Part shown: positions 49,764-60,075 of the stretch, one piece after another
Position numbering within the stretch: the first letter of the stretch is position 1
Layout: each line of letters opens with the position of its first letter
From: an uncultured Prevotellaceae bacterium
Lineage (GTDB): Bacteria > Bacteroidota > Bacteroidia > Bacteroidales > Bacteroidaceae
Assembly (NCBI GenBank): GCA_902769705.1
Contig: CACXPX010000014.1
Span: forward strand, 464-64,463
DNA length: 64,000 bases
Direction of reading: 5' to 3'
The notes under the pieces: model-generated
What the model saw: the letters and a program-made list of their open reading frames with translations, nothing else
What the model was told of the DNA's origin: nothing
Database searches by the model: none
Position numbers and translations under genes: made by a program

Positions 49764-51617
49764 ATGAAACTATATCATAAAATATCAGCATTGGCCATGG
49801 CTGCTTTGGTAGTTGCGACTGGATTCACCAGTTGTAGCGAGGATGACCTCGACACCAACCAGTACAACAAAAGCGGCGTGAACATCCTTGGTTTCGGTCC
49901 CATGCCAATCACACGTGGCGAAACCATGCGCGTGACAGGCACAAAATTGAACAAAGTGAGAGAGGTGCTTTTCCCCGAAGGCAATCAGAAACTCGCACCA
50001 GCCACCACCTTCATTAAGGGTGATTTCACGGTCCAGAACTCCGAGGAGATGACCGTGACGATTCCCGACCTGTGCGTTCCTGGCAAGCTTCGTTTGCTGA
50101 CCGATAGTGGCGACACCATCGTATCTGCCTCCAACATCACCTTCACCGAGGAGATAAAAGTTACTTCCTTCTCCCCCACTTCCATTCATCCGGGAGACAT
50201 CCTGACCATCAAGGGAGAATATGTATGGAACATCGGCCAAATGGTCTTCTTCGACCATGTGGCTGTTAACGCCGAAGACTTCATCCGCAACACCCGCAAC
50301 GAGATTCAGGTGCGTGTGCCGATGGAAGCCAAGAGCGGAGAGTTGGTTTATAACGACGGTTCTGACGGAGCCGAGAACATTGTGATTGGCAATCTCAACG
50401 TAGATGCAGCCAAGGCAACGGGTGTATCGAATGCCAATCCCGAGTTCAACGAGACCATCACCATCACAGGTGAGAACCTCGACCTTGTCACCGGCATCGA
50501 CTTCCCCGCCGTGGCAGAAGTTCCCTTCACCATCGTCAATGGCAATTCCATTCAGGTGACAGTTCCCGCCAACACCGTTTCTGGTACCGTAACCTTACAC
50601 ACGGCTTCCGGACTGACCACATCGGTTGACATCACCGTGCCTCTGGCAAGCGTAAGCAGTACCGACCCCGTCGACGATGTGAAGGTTGGACAAACCATCA
50701 CCATCAAGGGTGAGAAGCTCGACCGCATCACCCAGCTCAAGCTTCCCGGAATCAGCGAACCGCTTGAAAAGGGACAATTCACCCAGAGCGCCACACAAAT
50801 CACCTTCGTCGTTCCCAAGGACATGGGCGATGGCAAGGTGACGCTCATCCAGCATGAGAACTGGAGCGTAGAGTCTGGCAAAATCACCATGCATAGCGAC
50901 CTGCCCGAACAGGCTATCTGGAGCGGCGAGTTTGTCTGCTCTGGTTGGAATGGCAACCAGGATTTGGCATGGGGTAACTTCGACTGGACAACCATCGAGG
51001 CTGGCACCAAGGTGATGTTCTACTTTAAGAAGAACAATCCCGGGCAATGGGGTTGTATCAGCTTGCGCCACGGCAAGGATTGGGGCAATCTGCCCGCTCC
51101 GATACCCGGACAGTATGACCTCGACGAAGACGGAGGTGTGCTGAGCGTAGTCTTCCCGCAGAACGTGCTCGACGACATCATCGCCAACAACGGACTGGTT
51201 ATCACGGGCGACAACTACACCCTGACCAAGGTGGCTGTGCCACTTCCTGTCACCGAGGTGACGATTTGGCAAGGCAACGAAGACTTGAGCGACGGCCACC
51301 AGCCCTTCATCGGTAGCGACGGTGGCGCAGAGTTTGCAACCAACAACGTCCACGCCGGACAGGTGGTGAAGTTCTATTTCACCACACCAAGCGACGCATG
51401 GTGGTTCCAGGTGTTCGAAGGTCATTGGGGACCCATGTATGGCGAATGGAAGGGCGAGAATCCCGATGACGCTGCACAAGTGGCTGCCGAAGGATGCATC
51501 AAACTGAAGCTCACCCAAGAGATGATTGACGCCGCACTTACACAAGGCTGGTGGGGAGGCATCTTCGTGGTGCAAGGTTCCGTGACGCTGACCAAGGTTA
51601 CCGTAGCCGATGCATAA
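49764..51617 (+). CDS. Surface glycan-binding lipoprotein with repeated IPT/TIG domains
   Basis: Lipobox FTSC-SEDD; repeated ITIxGENL/GEKL motifs; two Trp-rich C-terminal modules. Confidence 0.82.
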   Translation: MKLYHKISALAMAALVVATGFTSCSEDDLDTNQYNKSGVNILGFGPMPITRGETMRVTGTKLNKVREVLFPEGNQKLAPATTFIKGDFTVQNSEEMTVTIPDLCVPGKLRLLTDSGDTIVSASNITFTEEIKVTSFSPTSIHPGDILTIKGEYVWNIGQMVFFDHVAVNAEDFIRNTRNEIQVRVPMEAKSGELVYNDGSDGAENIVIGNLNVDAAKATGVSNANPEFNETITITGENLDLVTGIDFPAVAEVPFTIVNGNSIQVTVPANTVSGTVTLHTASGLTTSVDITVPLASVSSTDPVDDVKVGQTITIKGEKLDRITQLKLPGISEPLEKGQFTQSATQITFVVPKDMGDGKVTLIQHENWSVESGKITMHSDLPEQAIWSGEFVCSGWNGNQDLAWGNFDWTTIEAGTKVMFYFKKNNPGQWGCISLRHGKDWGNLPAPIPGQYDLDEDGGVLSVVFPQNVLDDIIANNGLVITGDNYTLTKVAVPLPVTEVTIWQGNEDLSDGHQPFIGSDGGAEFATNNVHAGQVVKFYFTTPSDAWWFQVFEGHWGPMYGEWKGENPDDAAQVAAEGCIKLKLTQEMIDAALTQGWWGGIFVVQGSVTLTKVTVADA

Positions 51618-51644
51618 GCGAGACCTTTGTTAGCACTAACCATC

Positions 51645-51678
51645 AAGAGCGCTCCTCCCCACCGAGGGGCGCTCTTTT
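51645..51678 (+). terminator. Internal terminator of the PUL
   Basis: GAGCGC.CCTC/GAGGGGCGCTC stem plus TTTT. Confidence 0.7.
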
Positions 51679-51730
51679 CCCCATTCTTATATCTTTTCAA
51701 ACAACACCCTACGACTACATATCAATAAAA

Positions 51731-53191
51731 ATGAAAAAACTCTACTCATTAGCTTTGTCCATCACGATGCTCATCGGACTGGTGGCGGGAATGACATCCT
51801 GTGGCGACGACGATGAGAATGAAGACCCCGTCGAGCCGAAGATAACCATCAGCTTGCGTTCGTGTAGCATCAGCGAAGGAACCGAATACAACGCCACCGA
51901 CTTGAAGGAAGTCACCCTTTCCTACAATAACGTGGTGACCGTCAGCCCGTCGGCAAACATCACGCTTAACGGTACGAAGTGCACGGCCAAGTCGGGCAGC
52001 ACAACCGCCATGGACGTGGTCATCAACTTGCCGGCGTTGGAAGATGGCACAAGCTACAAACTTGACATTCCAGCCGGAAGCATCGTCAGCAAGACCGACC
52101 CCACCGTTTCGGCACCAGCCCTTCAGGTGAACTTCACCACCAAAGCAAAAGCCTCGGTCAACATTCCCGCCCAACCCATCACTGCATCCACCGAAGCGGC
52201 CAAGAAACTATACACCTTTTTCCGCAACAACTATGGGAAGAAAGTGGTTTCGAGCGTCATGGCCGACGTGAATTGGAACACCAGAATAGCCGAGAAGGTG
52301 AAGACTCTCACGGGCAAGTATCCCGCCATGAACTGTTTCGACTTCATACATGTCTATGTGCCCAACCAAGGCAACAATGGATGGATTGACTATACCGATA
52401 TCAAACCCGTGCGCGAGTGGGCAGAGGCAGATGGAATCGTTCAGCTGATGTGGCACTTCAACGTTCCCCTGAGCGAAACCACAGAGGTGAAAACCAATGG
52501 CTCTGGCGTCACCTGCACACCCTCGGAGACCACCTTCAAGGCTGCTAACGCGCTGAAGGAAGGCACGTGGGAGTACAAGTGGTTCTATCAGGAGATGGAC
52601 AAGGTCATAGACGTGGTGCTGAAGCTACAGGATGCCGGCATCGCCGCTACCTGGCGCCCATTCCATGAGGCAGCCGGCAACGCCACCCTTCGTTCGGGCG
52701 AGCCTTGGGGCAAAGCATGGTTCTGGTGGGGTTACGATGGAGCCGGTACGTTCAAGCAGCTCTGGACCGCCATGTACGACTACTTCCATCAGAAAGGCGT
52801 GAACAACCTTATCTGGATATGGACCACACAAAACTATAACGGCAGTTCCACGACCTATGCACAAGACACCGACTGGTATCCTGGTGACCGCTATTGCGAC
52901 ATGGTGGCCCGCGACCTCTATGGTTGCAATGCCGACGTCAACGCTCAGGAATTCGACGAAATACAAGCCCGATACCCCACGAAGATGGTTGTCTTGGGCG
53001 AATGCGGGAAAAGTGGTGCCAACGAGCCGGGGCTCATCGGCGACTGCTGGGCAAAAGGCGCACGCTGGGGCCATTTCATGGTTTGGTATCAAGGCGGACA
53101 AGGCAGCACCGACAGCATGTGTGGCGACGCTTGGTGGAAAGATGCCATGCAAAGTGATGTAGTCCTCACGCGCGACGAAGTAACTTTCTGA
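51731..53191 (+). CDS. GH26 mannanase with N-terminal Ig-like domain, surface lipoprotein
   Basis: Lipobox MTSC-GDDDENED; WRPFHEAAGN, WFWWG, VLGECG. Confidence 0.92.
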   Translation: MKKLYSLALSITMLIGLVAGMTSCGDDDENEDPVEPKITISLRSCSISEGTEYNATDLKEVTLSYNNVVTVSPSANITLNGTKCTAKSGSTTAMDVVINLPALEDGTSYKLDIPAGSIVSKTDPTVSAPALQVNFTTKAKASVNIPAQPITASTEAAKKLYTFFRNNYGKKVVSSVMADVNWNTRIAEKVKTLTGKYPAMNCFDFIHVYVPNQGNNGWIDYTDIKPVREWAEADGIVQLMWHFNVPLSETTEVKTNGSGVTCTPSETTFKAANALKEGTWEYKWFYQEMDKVIDVVLKLQDAGIAATWRPFHEAAGNATLRSGEPWGKAWFWWGYDGAGTFKQLWTAMYDYFHQKGVNNLIWIWTTQNYNGSSTTYAQDTDWYPGDRYCDMVARDLYGCNADVNAQEFDEIQARYPTKMVVLGECGKSGANEPGLIGDCWAKGARWGHFMVWYQGGQGSTDSMCGDAWWKDAMQSDVVLTRDEVTF

Positions 53192-53223
53192 AGTTATTTT
53201 TTGGCCGTTTCTTCCTTTTTGTG

Positions 53224-53231
53224 TATCTTTG
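53224..53231 (+). promoter_or_regulatory. -7 box before the third GH26
   Basis: TATCTTTG. Confidence 0.65.
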
Positions 53232-53267
53232 CACGCACAACCTAAGGACTACATATTACTAACGAAC

Positions 53268-54449
53268 ATGAAGAAACTAAGCTTTATTGCGTGGCTCACC
53301 ATGAAGGCCATCTGTACATGCGCCTTTTGTATCACACCACTGGTTTCGTGCAACACGAAGAACGCCAACACATTTGCCGATTCCGGCCGTACACAACCCA
53401 CCGAGAACCTGCTGGCCAACCTGAAGGCATTGGGCGACTCCGTAGGCTACATGTTCGGTCATCACGACGACGTGCTCTACGGCATCGGATGGGTGGGCGA
53501 CTCCGCCCGTAGCGACGTGAAGAGCGTCTGTGGCGACTACCCTGCCCTGCTCTCCTTCGACCTCGGACACCTGGAGCTGGGCGACACCGTCAGCCTCGAT
53601 GGCGTGTCGTTCAACCGCATGCGCGAAGAAATCGTACGCCACTTCGAACGTGGGGGCATGGTCACTCTTTCGTGGCATCTCAACAACCCGCTCACAGGCG
53701 GCACGGCATGGATAAACGACAGCACAGGCGAACGCCAACTCAACACCGTTGAAGCCGTGCTCGAGGGGGGAAAGCAGCACGAGAGGTTCCTCACGTGGCT
53801 CGACCGCGTAGCCGACTTCCTTAACTCGCTCCAAACTGCCGACGGCGTGCGCGTTCCCGTGCTCTTCCGCCCTTGGCACGAACACACCGGGTCGTGGTTC
53901 TGGTGGGGACAGGAGCTCTGCTCAGCCGAACAATACAAGGCGCTCTGGAAACTCACCGTAGACAGACTCAAAGAGCAAGGTGTGGTGAACGCCCTCTACG
54001 CCTATTCGCCCGGAACCGAGAACGGAGGCAACCCGCAGAAATACATGGAGCGCTATCCGGGTGACAACATCATCGACCTGCTTGGGCTCGACTGCTATTG
54101 CTTCGCTCCATCGGGCGATGCCGATGCCGTAGCCAAATATGCACAAATGCTCGACACCCAACTGGGCATGGTCTGCAAGCTGGCAAAACAACACTCTAAA
54201 GCCGTAGCTCTGACCGAGACAGGATACGAAGGCATCAAGACCACCAAATGGTGGACCCACACTTTGATGCCCGTGCTCGACAAGCATCCCATCAGCTACG
54301 TCCTTGTGTGGCGTAATGCCCACGACAAGCCTGGCCACTTCTTTGCGCCCTACCCCGGCCACTCATCGGCCCCTGACTTCGTGGAGTTCTACAACCATCC
54401 GAAGTCCCTCTTCCTCCACAATGTGAACGGCCTCTATCAAGAGAAATAA
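53268..54449 (+). CDS. GH26 beta-mannanase, lipoprotein (paralog of 40255-41367)
   Basis: LVSC; FGHHDD, FRPWHEHTGSWFWWG, ALTETG. Confidence 0.93.
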   Translation: MKKLSFIAWLTMKAICTCAFCITPLVSCNTKNANTFADSGRTQPTENLLANLKALGDSVGYMFGHHDDVLYGIGWVGDSARSDVKSVCGDYPALLSFDLGHLELGDTVSLDGVSFNRMREEIVRHFERGGMVTLSWHLNNPLTGGTAWINDSTGERQLNTVEAVLEGGKQHERFLTWLDRVADFLNSLQTADGVRVPVLFRPWHEHTGSWFWWGQELCSAEQYKALWKLTVDRLKEQGVVNALYAYSPGTENGGNPQKYMERYPGDNIIDLLGLDCYCFAPSGDADAVAKYAQMLDTQLGMVCKLAKQHSKAVALTETGYEGIKTTKWWTHTLMPVLDKHPISYVLVWRNAHDKPGHFFAPYPGHSSAPDFVEFYNHPKSLFLHNVNGLYQEK

Positions 54450-54482
54450 CTCCCCTTACCCCCTAGGGAACTGAACAAACAA

Positions 54483-54528
54483 ATCCGCACCATCCCGAAT
54501 GCCGTCGAGTTGGTGCGGATATTTTATT
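54483..54528 (+). terminator. Terminator at the PUL end
   Basis: ATCCGCACCA/TGGTGCGGAT stem plus ATTTTATT. Confidence 0.7.
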
Positions 54529-54529
54529 A

Positions 54530-54612
54530 TCACATATGGCATCTGAGGCGCTTAGGTGATACACCTGAGGGGCTTACATGCCACACCTGACAGGCTCAGA
54601 AGGGGCAAGTGA
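54530..54612. repeat. 22-bp period tandem array, 4 units, same core family as 42926
   Basis: tcacatatggcatctga / ttaggtgatacacctga / ttacatgccacacctga / tcagaaggggcaagtga. Confidence 0.8.
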
Positions 54613-54654
54613 CAAAAATTCTGGGAAAAAGAACTTTATGTCTGAAATTTTTAT

Positions 54655-54662
54655 TATATTTG
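54655..54662 (+). promoter_or_regulatory. -7 box before the lipoprotein gene
   Basis: TATATTTG. Confidence 0.6.
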
Positions 54663-54693
54663 CAACAGCTATTTAACCATTAAGCATTTTAAG

Positions 54694-56163
54694 ATGAAGA
54701 AACTGTTGATTTTCGCCATTGGTGCCATTGTGCTGATGGCTGGTTGTAAGAACTCGGGGCCGGGGAATACCACGAGCCCGGAGGGTGCTGACTCTATAAC
54801 GGCGGGCGACAGCACCCAGGTAGCCGTGAACGACACCACTCCCATGCCCGTATTCCTGTGCTATTTTGACAAAGAGCACATGCAGGTGCCCTTCTGGAGT
54901 GAATTTGAAGAACCTCAGAAAGGTGGCGACGACGACGAATCGTTCGAAGGATACCATCAGGCGTGGAAACTGCAAACCGACTTCCGCCGCCGTGCCACGC
55001 TCTACACTAAGCTGCTTGTGGGCCCAGAGACAATGGTGGATGTAAAATATGTGGACGACCTGTTGAAGAATCCCGACGGCGGTGATGCCAGCCTCGGTGT
55101 CATCCATAGCCGCGCAAGCATTCCCACCCAGGGTGCACGATATGCCTTCGCCAATCCTAAAGACGAGATGGAGAAGCAGGACGGAAGCTTCTATCTGCTG
55201 GTGACCGAGAGCTATCTGAAGAGCCGCAAGCAGTTGGAATGCAAATACGACAATCAGGAGAAGGCGTTCCCGACATCGGTGGTGCAACAGCTGGAGAAGC
55301 AATACGACATGAAAGCGAGCCGCTCGCTGATGTACACTCACATCGCCGACCGCTATACCTATGGCATCGTGCAGTTCAAGCCCAAGAACAAGAGTGTGTG
55401 GGCCGTGGAGGTGGTGACCGACGGCGACAAGGTATACTCCTTCCCCGTGAAGGGCTGGTATGATTCGGACACCAGCTTCGGATGGAACGTTGACGACGAA
55501 GGCGAATACAACATCAGCTACATCGATGCCGCCTTCGAAGGTCCCAACGGACTGGAGCTCTGCTACACGCGCGGATGTGTGGAGAGCATGAGCGTGGGCA
55601 TGCTGCTCTTGCGCGACGGCAAGCTCATCAGACAGCAGTATGCTGTTTTCCAAGCCAACATCCCCGACGAGATGACGCCCCTGTGGAAGACCTATGCCAA
55701 GCAGATGCAGAAGCTCTATGTGGAGCAAGATCCTCATGAGAACAAGGACTATGAGCTGACCCAATTTTTTGCCGCTGACCTCGACGGCGACGGATACGAC
55801 GAGTATTGGGTGCGCGACAAGGACGAGAAGCATGGTGCGCTCTTCACCTGCAAGAAGGGAAAGATAGAACTCATCGGCGTGGAGGACGGACAGCGTCAGG
55901 CTCAGCTGCACAAGATGAAGAACGGCAACGGTTTTGTAAGCATATCTGGTCCGGCAGGCGGTCCTTCCTACTATTACGAAATCTATGAGCTACACGACAG
56001 CCACGTGGTGCACAGATTCCATGCCCTTCAAGTCTATGGAGAAATGGACGATTGCACGATGGACGGCAAGCCCTACAATAAAGAGAAAGGTGACGCATAC
56101 CTGAAGGCGCTGCCCAAAGAAAGTGACTACTACATTTATTTCCAGGGTATCGGAGAAGATTGA
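54694..56163 (+). CDS. Hypothetical lipoprotein
   Basis: Lipobox LMAGC, Ser/Thr/Asp linker; DLDGDGYDE loop; host-like codon usage. Confidence 0.8.
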   Translation: MKKLLIFAIGAIVLMAGCKNSGPGNTTSPEGADSITAGDSTQVAVNDTTPMPVFLCYFDKEHMQVPFWSEFEEPQKGGDDDESFEGYHQAWKLQTDFRRRATLYTKLLVGPETMVDVKYVDDLLKNPDGGDASLGVIHSRASIPTQGARYAFANPKDEMEKQDGSFYLLVTESYLKSRKQLECKYDNQEKAFPTSVVQQLEKQYDMKASRSLMYTHIADRYTYGIVQFKPKNKSVWAVEVVTDGDKVYSFPVKGWYDSDTSFGWNVDDEGEYNISYIDAAFEGPNGLELCYTRGCVESMSVGMLLLRDGKLIRQQYAVFQANIPDEMTPLWKTYAKQMQKLYVEQDPHENKDYELTQFFAADLDGDGYDEYWVRDKDEKHGALFTCKKGKIELIGVEDGQRQAQLHKMKNGNGFVSISGPAGGPSYYYEIYELHDSHVVHRFHALQVYGEMDDCTMDGKPYNKEKGDAYLKALPKESDYYIYFQGIGED

Positions 56164-56181
56164 CAAATATTCTTTTTTATC

Positions 56182-56223
56182 GTCAAGTTACTATGTTAGC
56201 GCTTGCAAGCATAGTAACTTGAC
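56182..56223. repeat. Perfect 14-bp inverted repeat
   Basis: GTCAAGTTACTATG / CATAGTAACTTGAC with a 14-nt loop. Confidence 0.85.
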
Positions 56224-56319
56224 CATATTTCTAACCACGTAGCCACTAACAAAATTGCGATTGATGGCAATTAAATTTGAAATCTTCTGAAAACATTCGT
56301 TGATTTCGCAATTAATCAT

Positions 56320-56327
56320 TAACTTTG
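56320..56327 (+). promoter_or_regulatory. -7 box of uvrA
   Basis: TAACTTTG, 24 nt before the ATG. Confidence 0.65.
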
Positions 56328-56351
56328 TAGCTTAATACGAAACCAACAGCT

Positions 56352-59171
56352 ATGAGCGAATATATAGAAGTGAAAGGTGCTCGGGTGAACAACCTGAAGA
56401 ACGTGAACGTGAAGATTCCGCGCAACGAGTTTGTTGTTGTGGCTGGCGTATCGGGGTCGGGCAAGTCGTCGCTGGCCTTTGACACGCTCTATGCCGAGGG
56501 ACAACGCCGTTACGTGGAGTCGCTTTCTTCTTATGCGCGCCAGTTCCTGGGTCGCCTGAGCAAACCCGAATGCGACTTCATCAAGGGTCTGCCACCTGCC
56601 ATTGCCATCGAGCAGAAGACCATCGCGCGCAACCCACGCTCCACGGTGGGCACGTCGACAGAGATTTACGAGTATATGCGACTGCTCTTCGCACGCATCG
56701 GCAAGACCTATTCGCCCATTTCCGGACAGGAGGTGAAAAAACACTCCACAGACGATATCGTGAAGTGCGTAGGACAATTCTCCACCGGCACGCGTTTCGT
56801 GGTTCTGGCGCCCTTGCACGTGGTAGAGGGACGCACGCTTCAGCAACAACTCGAGACGGAAATCAAGCAAGGCTATTCGCGCCTGTGGATGAACGGCGAG
56901 GCCATTAAGATTGAAGACTATCTGAACGACAACTTAGCATCTAATCAAACAGCTCAAAGTCCTGACCTTTGGTTGCTCATCGACCGCATGTCGGTTGACA
57001 ACAGCAAAGACTCCATTTCGCGCCTGATAGACTCTGCCGAGACCGCCATGTATGAAGGCAACGGCATGTGCCGCCTGGAGTTCCCTCCGTCGGGCATCGC
57101 ATACGACTTTTCCACACGCTTCGAAGCCGACGGCATCACCTTCGAAGAACCCAACGACAACATGTTCTCGTTCAACTCGCCTTTGGGCGCTTGTCCCGAG
57201 TGTGAGGGTTTCGGACGCGTGATTGGCATCGACGAGCGGATGGTGGTTCCCAACTCCACGCTGAGCGTCTACGACGGATGCGTGCAATGCTGGCACGGCG
57301 AGAAGATGGGCATGTGGAAAGACGAGTTCTGCCGGCGCGCCGCGAAGGACAACTTCCCCATTTTCAAGCCCTACTACGAGCTCTCGCTTCAAGAGAAGGA
57401 CATGCTGTGGCACGGTCTGCCCTCCGAACGTCATCGCGACATTCACGACCAAGTGAGCATAGATGCCTTCTTCCAGATGGTGAGGGAGAACCAATACAAG
57501 ATTCAATACCGTGTGATGCTGAGCAGATATCGCGGTAAGACCACCTGTCCCACTTGTCACGGAACACGTCTGAAGAAGGAGGCCACATGGGTGACCGTGG
57601 GTGGAAAAAGCATCACCGACTTGGTGGAGATGCCGGTGGTGAATCTGCATGAATGGTTCACCAACCTGCAACTCGACGAACACGATGCCGAGATAGCGAA
57701 ACGCCTATTAGTTGAAATCAAGAACCGACTGCAATTCCTTGTGGATGTGGGACTTGGATACTTGACATTAAACCGTCAGTCGAACACGCTGAGCGGTGGG
57801 GAAAGCCAACGCATCAACCTCACAACATCGTTGGGAAGCTCGCTCGTGGGCTCGCTCTACATCCTCGACGAGCCGAGTATAGGCCTCCACAGCCGTGACA
57901 CGGGCCGCCTGATTCATGTGCTGAAAGAGTTGCAATCGTTGGGCAACACGGTCATCGTTGTGGAGCACGACGAAGAAATCATGCGGGCAGCCGACTACCT
58001 GATTGACGTGGGCCCCGATGCCGGACGTTTGGGTGGCGAGATTGTCTTTGAAGGCGACGAGTCAACCATCAACAAGGCCACCGTGGAGGCTTATCCGCGG
58101 TCGTACACCGTGAAATATCTGACGGGAACAGAAACCATCGACGTGCCCTCGTCGCGCCGTCCGTGGAACATGTATATCGAACTGAAAGGGTGCCGCATGA
58201 ACAACCTGAAGGGCATCGACGTGCGTTTCCCGTTGAATGTGTTCAGCGTGGTCACGGGTGTGAGCGGCTCGGGTAAGTCATCGCTGGTGAAGGGTATCCT
58301 CTACCCTGCCATGAAACGCCATCTGGACGAGGTGGCCGACGCTCCGGGCGAATACATCGCGCTGGAAGGCGACTGGCAACAGGTGAAGCATGTGGAGTTT
58401 GTAGACCAGAACCCCATCGGAAAGAGCACGCGCTCGAACCCTGCCACATACGTGAAAGCCTACGACGCCATCCGCCAGCTCTTTGCCGAGCAGGCACTCT
58501 CGAAGCAGATGGGATTCTCGCCCCAATACTTCTCGTTCAACGCCGACGGAGGACGATGCGAGGAATGCAAGGGCGCAGGCGTGATCACGGTGGAGATGCA
58601 ATTCATGGCCGACCTGGAACTGGAGTGCGAGGCCTGCCACGGGCAACGTTTCAAGCGCGACATCCTCGACGTGAAATACAACGGCAAGAACATCAACGAC
58701 GTGCTGAATATGACCGTCTCGGAAGCCATCGAGTTCTTTGGCGAGGGCGGACAAAAGCAGATTGTCGACAAGCTGAAGCCTCTGGAAGACGTGGGATTGG
58801 GCTACATCAAGATGGGACAGAGTTCGTCGACGCTCTCGGGTGGTGAGAACCAACGCGTGAAGTTGGCCTATTTCATCGGACTGGAACGCCAAGACCCCAC
58901 CCTCTTCATTTTCGACGAACCCACCACAGGTCTTCATTTCCACGACATCAAACGCCTGCTGGCTGCCTTCTCAGCCCTCATCGAGCGAGGACACAGCGTG
59001 ATTGTCATCGAGCACAACCTGGACGTTATCAAGTGTGCCGACCACATCATCGACCTTGGCCCAGAGGGTGGCAATCATGGCGGAAACATCGTTTGTACGG
59101 GAACGCCCGAGGAGGTGGCCCAATGCAAGGAAAGCCTCACGGGAAAATACCTGAAAGAGAAACTGACGTGA
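56352..59171 (+). CDS. uvrA: Excinuclease ABC subunit A
   Basis: Two Walker A (GVSGSGKS), LSGGE signatures, zinc fingers CPECEG, CPTCHG, CEECKG. Confidence 0.97.
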   Translation: MSEYIEVKGARVNNLKNVNVKIPRNEFVVVAGVSGSGKSSLAFDTLYAEGQRRYVESLSSYARQFLGRLSKPECDFIKGLPPAIAIEQKTIARNPRSTVGTSTEIYEYMRLLFARIGKTYSPISGQEVKKHSTDDIVKCVGQFSTGTRFVVLAPLHVVEGRTLQQQLETEIKQGYSRLWMNGEAIKIEDYLNDNLASNQTAQSPDLWLLIDRMSVDNSKDSISRLIDSAETAMYEGNGMCRLEFPPSGIAYDFSTRFEADGITFEEPNDNMFSFNSPLGACPECEGFGRVIGIDERMVVPNSTLSVYDGCVQCWHGEKMGMWKDEFCRRAAKDNFPIFKPYYELSLQEKDMLWHGLPSERHRDIHDQVSIDAFFQMVRENQYKIQYRVMLSRYRGKTTCPTCHGTRLKKEATWVTVGGKSITDLVEMPVVNLHEWFTNLQLDEHDAEIAKRLLVEIKNRLQFLVDVGLGYLTLNRQSNTLSGGESQRINLTTSLGSSLVGSLYILDEPSIGLHSRDTGRLIHVLKELQSLGNTVIVVEHDEEIMRAADYLIDVGPDAGRLGGEIVFEGDESTINKATVEAYPRSYTVKYLTGTETIDVPSSRRPWNMYIELKGCRMNNLKGIDVRFPLNVFSVVTGVSGSGKSSLVKGILYPAMKRHLDEVADAPGEYIALEGDWQQVKHVEFVDQNPIGKSTRSNPATYVKAYDAIRQLFAEQALSKQMGFSPQYFSFNADGGRCEECKGAGVITVEMQFMADLELECEACHGQRFKRDILDVKYNGKNINDVLNMTVSEAIEFFGEGGQKQIVDKLKPLEDVGLGYIKMGQSSSTLSGGENQRVKLAYFIGLERQDPTLFIFDEPTTGLHFHDIKRLLAAFSALIERGHSVIVIEHNLDVIKCADHIIDLGPEGGNHGGNIVCTGTPEEVAQCKESLTGKYLKEKLT

Positions 59172-59172
59172 C

Positions 59173-60072
59173 ATGATGAAAAGCCTTTCAATACTCATCC
59201 CGACGTTTAACGACGTGTGCCTCGAGTTGGCAAGCCAGCTCAGCACACAAGCCGTCGCCATCAATGAATTGGAATACGAGATTCTGGTGGCCGACGACGG
59301 TTCTACGGACGCGGATGTGGTGAAGGCCAATTCTGCCATCGACGCCCTACTCCGTTGCCGCTACATACGCAGGGAAGAGAATGTGGGGCGTTCGGCCATT
59401 CGCAACTTTTTGGCACAAACAGCGCAATACGAAAGGCTGCTGTTCGTTGATGGCGACATGAAGATGACGAGAGCTGACTTTGTGAGGAAGTACGTCGAAA
59501 CCGAAGGACCTTTGCTCTATGGAGGATACGTCGTGGAAGGCAATGAAGCACAGTTGAAGGACAACCTGAGATTCATCTACGAAAAGAAGTCTGAAGCCGA
59601 CCACACGGCTGAAAAGCGCCAGCTGAAACCCTACGCTGACTTCCACACGTCGAACTTCCTTATCGAGCGCGATTTGTATCTTCAGCATCCGTTGGACACA
59701 CGCTTCAGACACTATGGATACGAAGACGTGCTGTTGGGAAAAGAACTCAAAAAAGCAGGCGTTCCCATCCGTCACATCGACAATCCACTGGCCTTTGCCA
59801 CGTTCGAAGACAACCGCCATTTCGTGGAGAAGACCGAGGAAGGAATCCGCACGCTGGTTACGTTCAAAGAGGACTTGGAAGGCTATTCGCGCCTGTTGGC
59901 TCTTGCGGAGAAACTGAAGCATATGGGAGTCAGCGGAATCGTTCGTGCCGTATATAACAAAAGAAGCGACAAATGGCGCAACAACCTTTGCGGAAGCCAT
60001 CCGTCGCTCAGTCTTTTCAAATGGTATAAACTGGGTTATCTGCTCCAACAGCTTGCGGAAAGGCAAGCATAA
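59173..60072 (+). CDS. GT2 glycosyltransferase
   Basis: LSILIPTFN, VADDGS, NVGRSAIRN, FVDGD, YGYEDV. Confidence 0.92.
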   Translation: MMKSLSILIPTFNDVCLELASQLSTQAVAINELEYEILVADDGSTDADVVKANSAIDALLRCRYIRREENVGRSAIRNFLAQTAQYERLLFVDGDMKMTRADFVRKYVETEGPLLYGGYVVEGNEAQLKDNLRFIYEKKSEADHTAEKRQLKPYADFHTSNFLIERDLYLQHPLDTRFRHYGYEDVLLGKELKKAGVPIRHIDNPLAFATFEDNRHFVEKTEEGIRTLVTFKEDLEGYSRLLALAEKLKHMGVSGIVRAVYNKRSDKWRNNLCGSHPSLSLFKWYKLGYLLQQLAERQA

Positions 60073-60075
60073 GCA

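Noticed and set aside
56253-56313. AATTGCGA/TCGCAATT inverted pair as an SOS-type operator for uvrA
   Set aside because: Only 8 bp with a 45-bp gap in AT-rich DNA, and there is no reliable Bacteroidales consensus to compare with.
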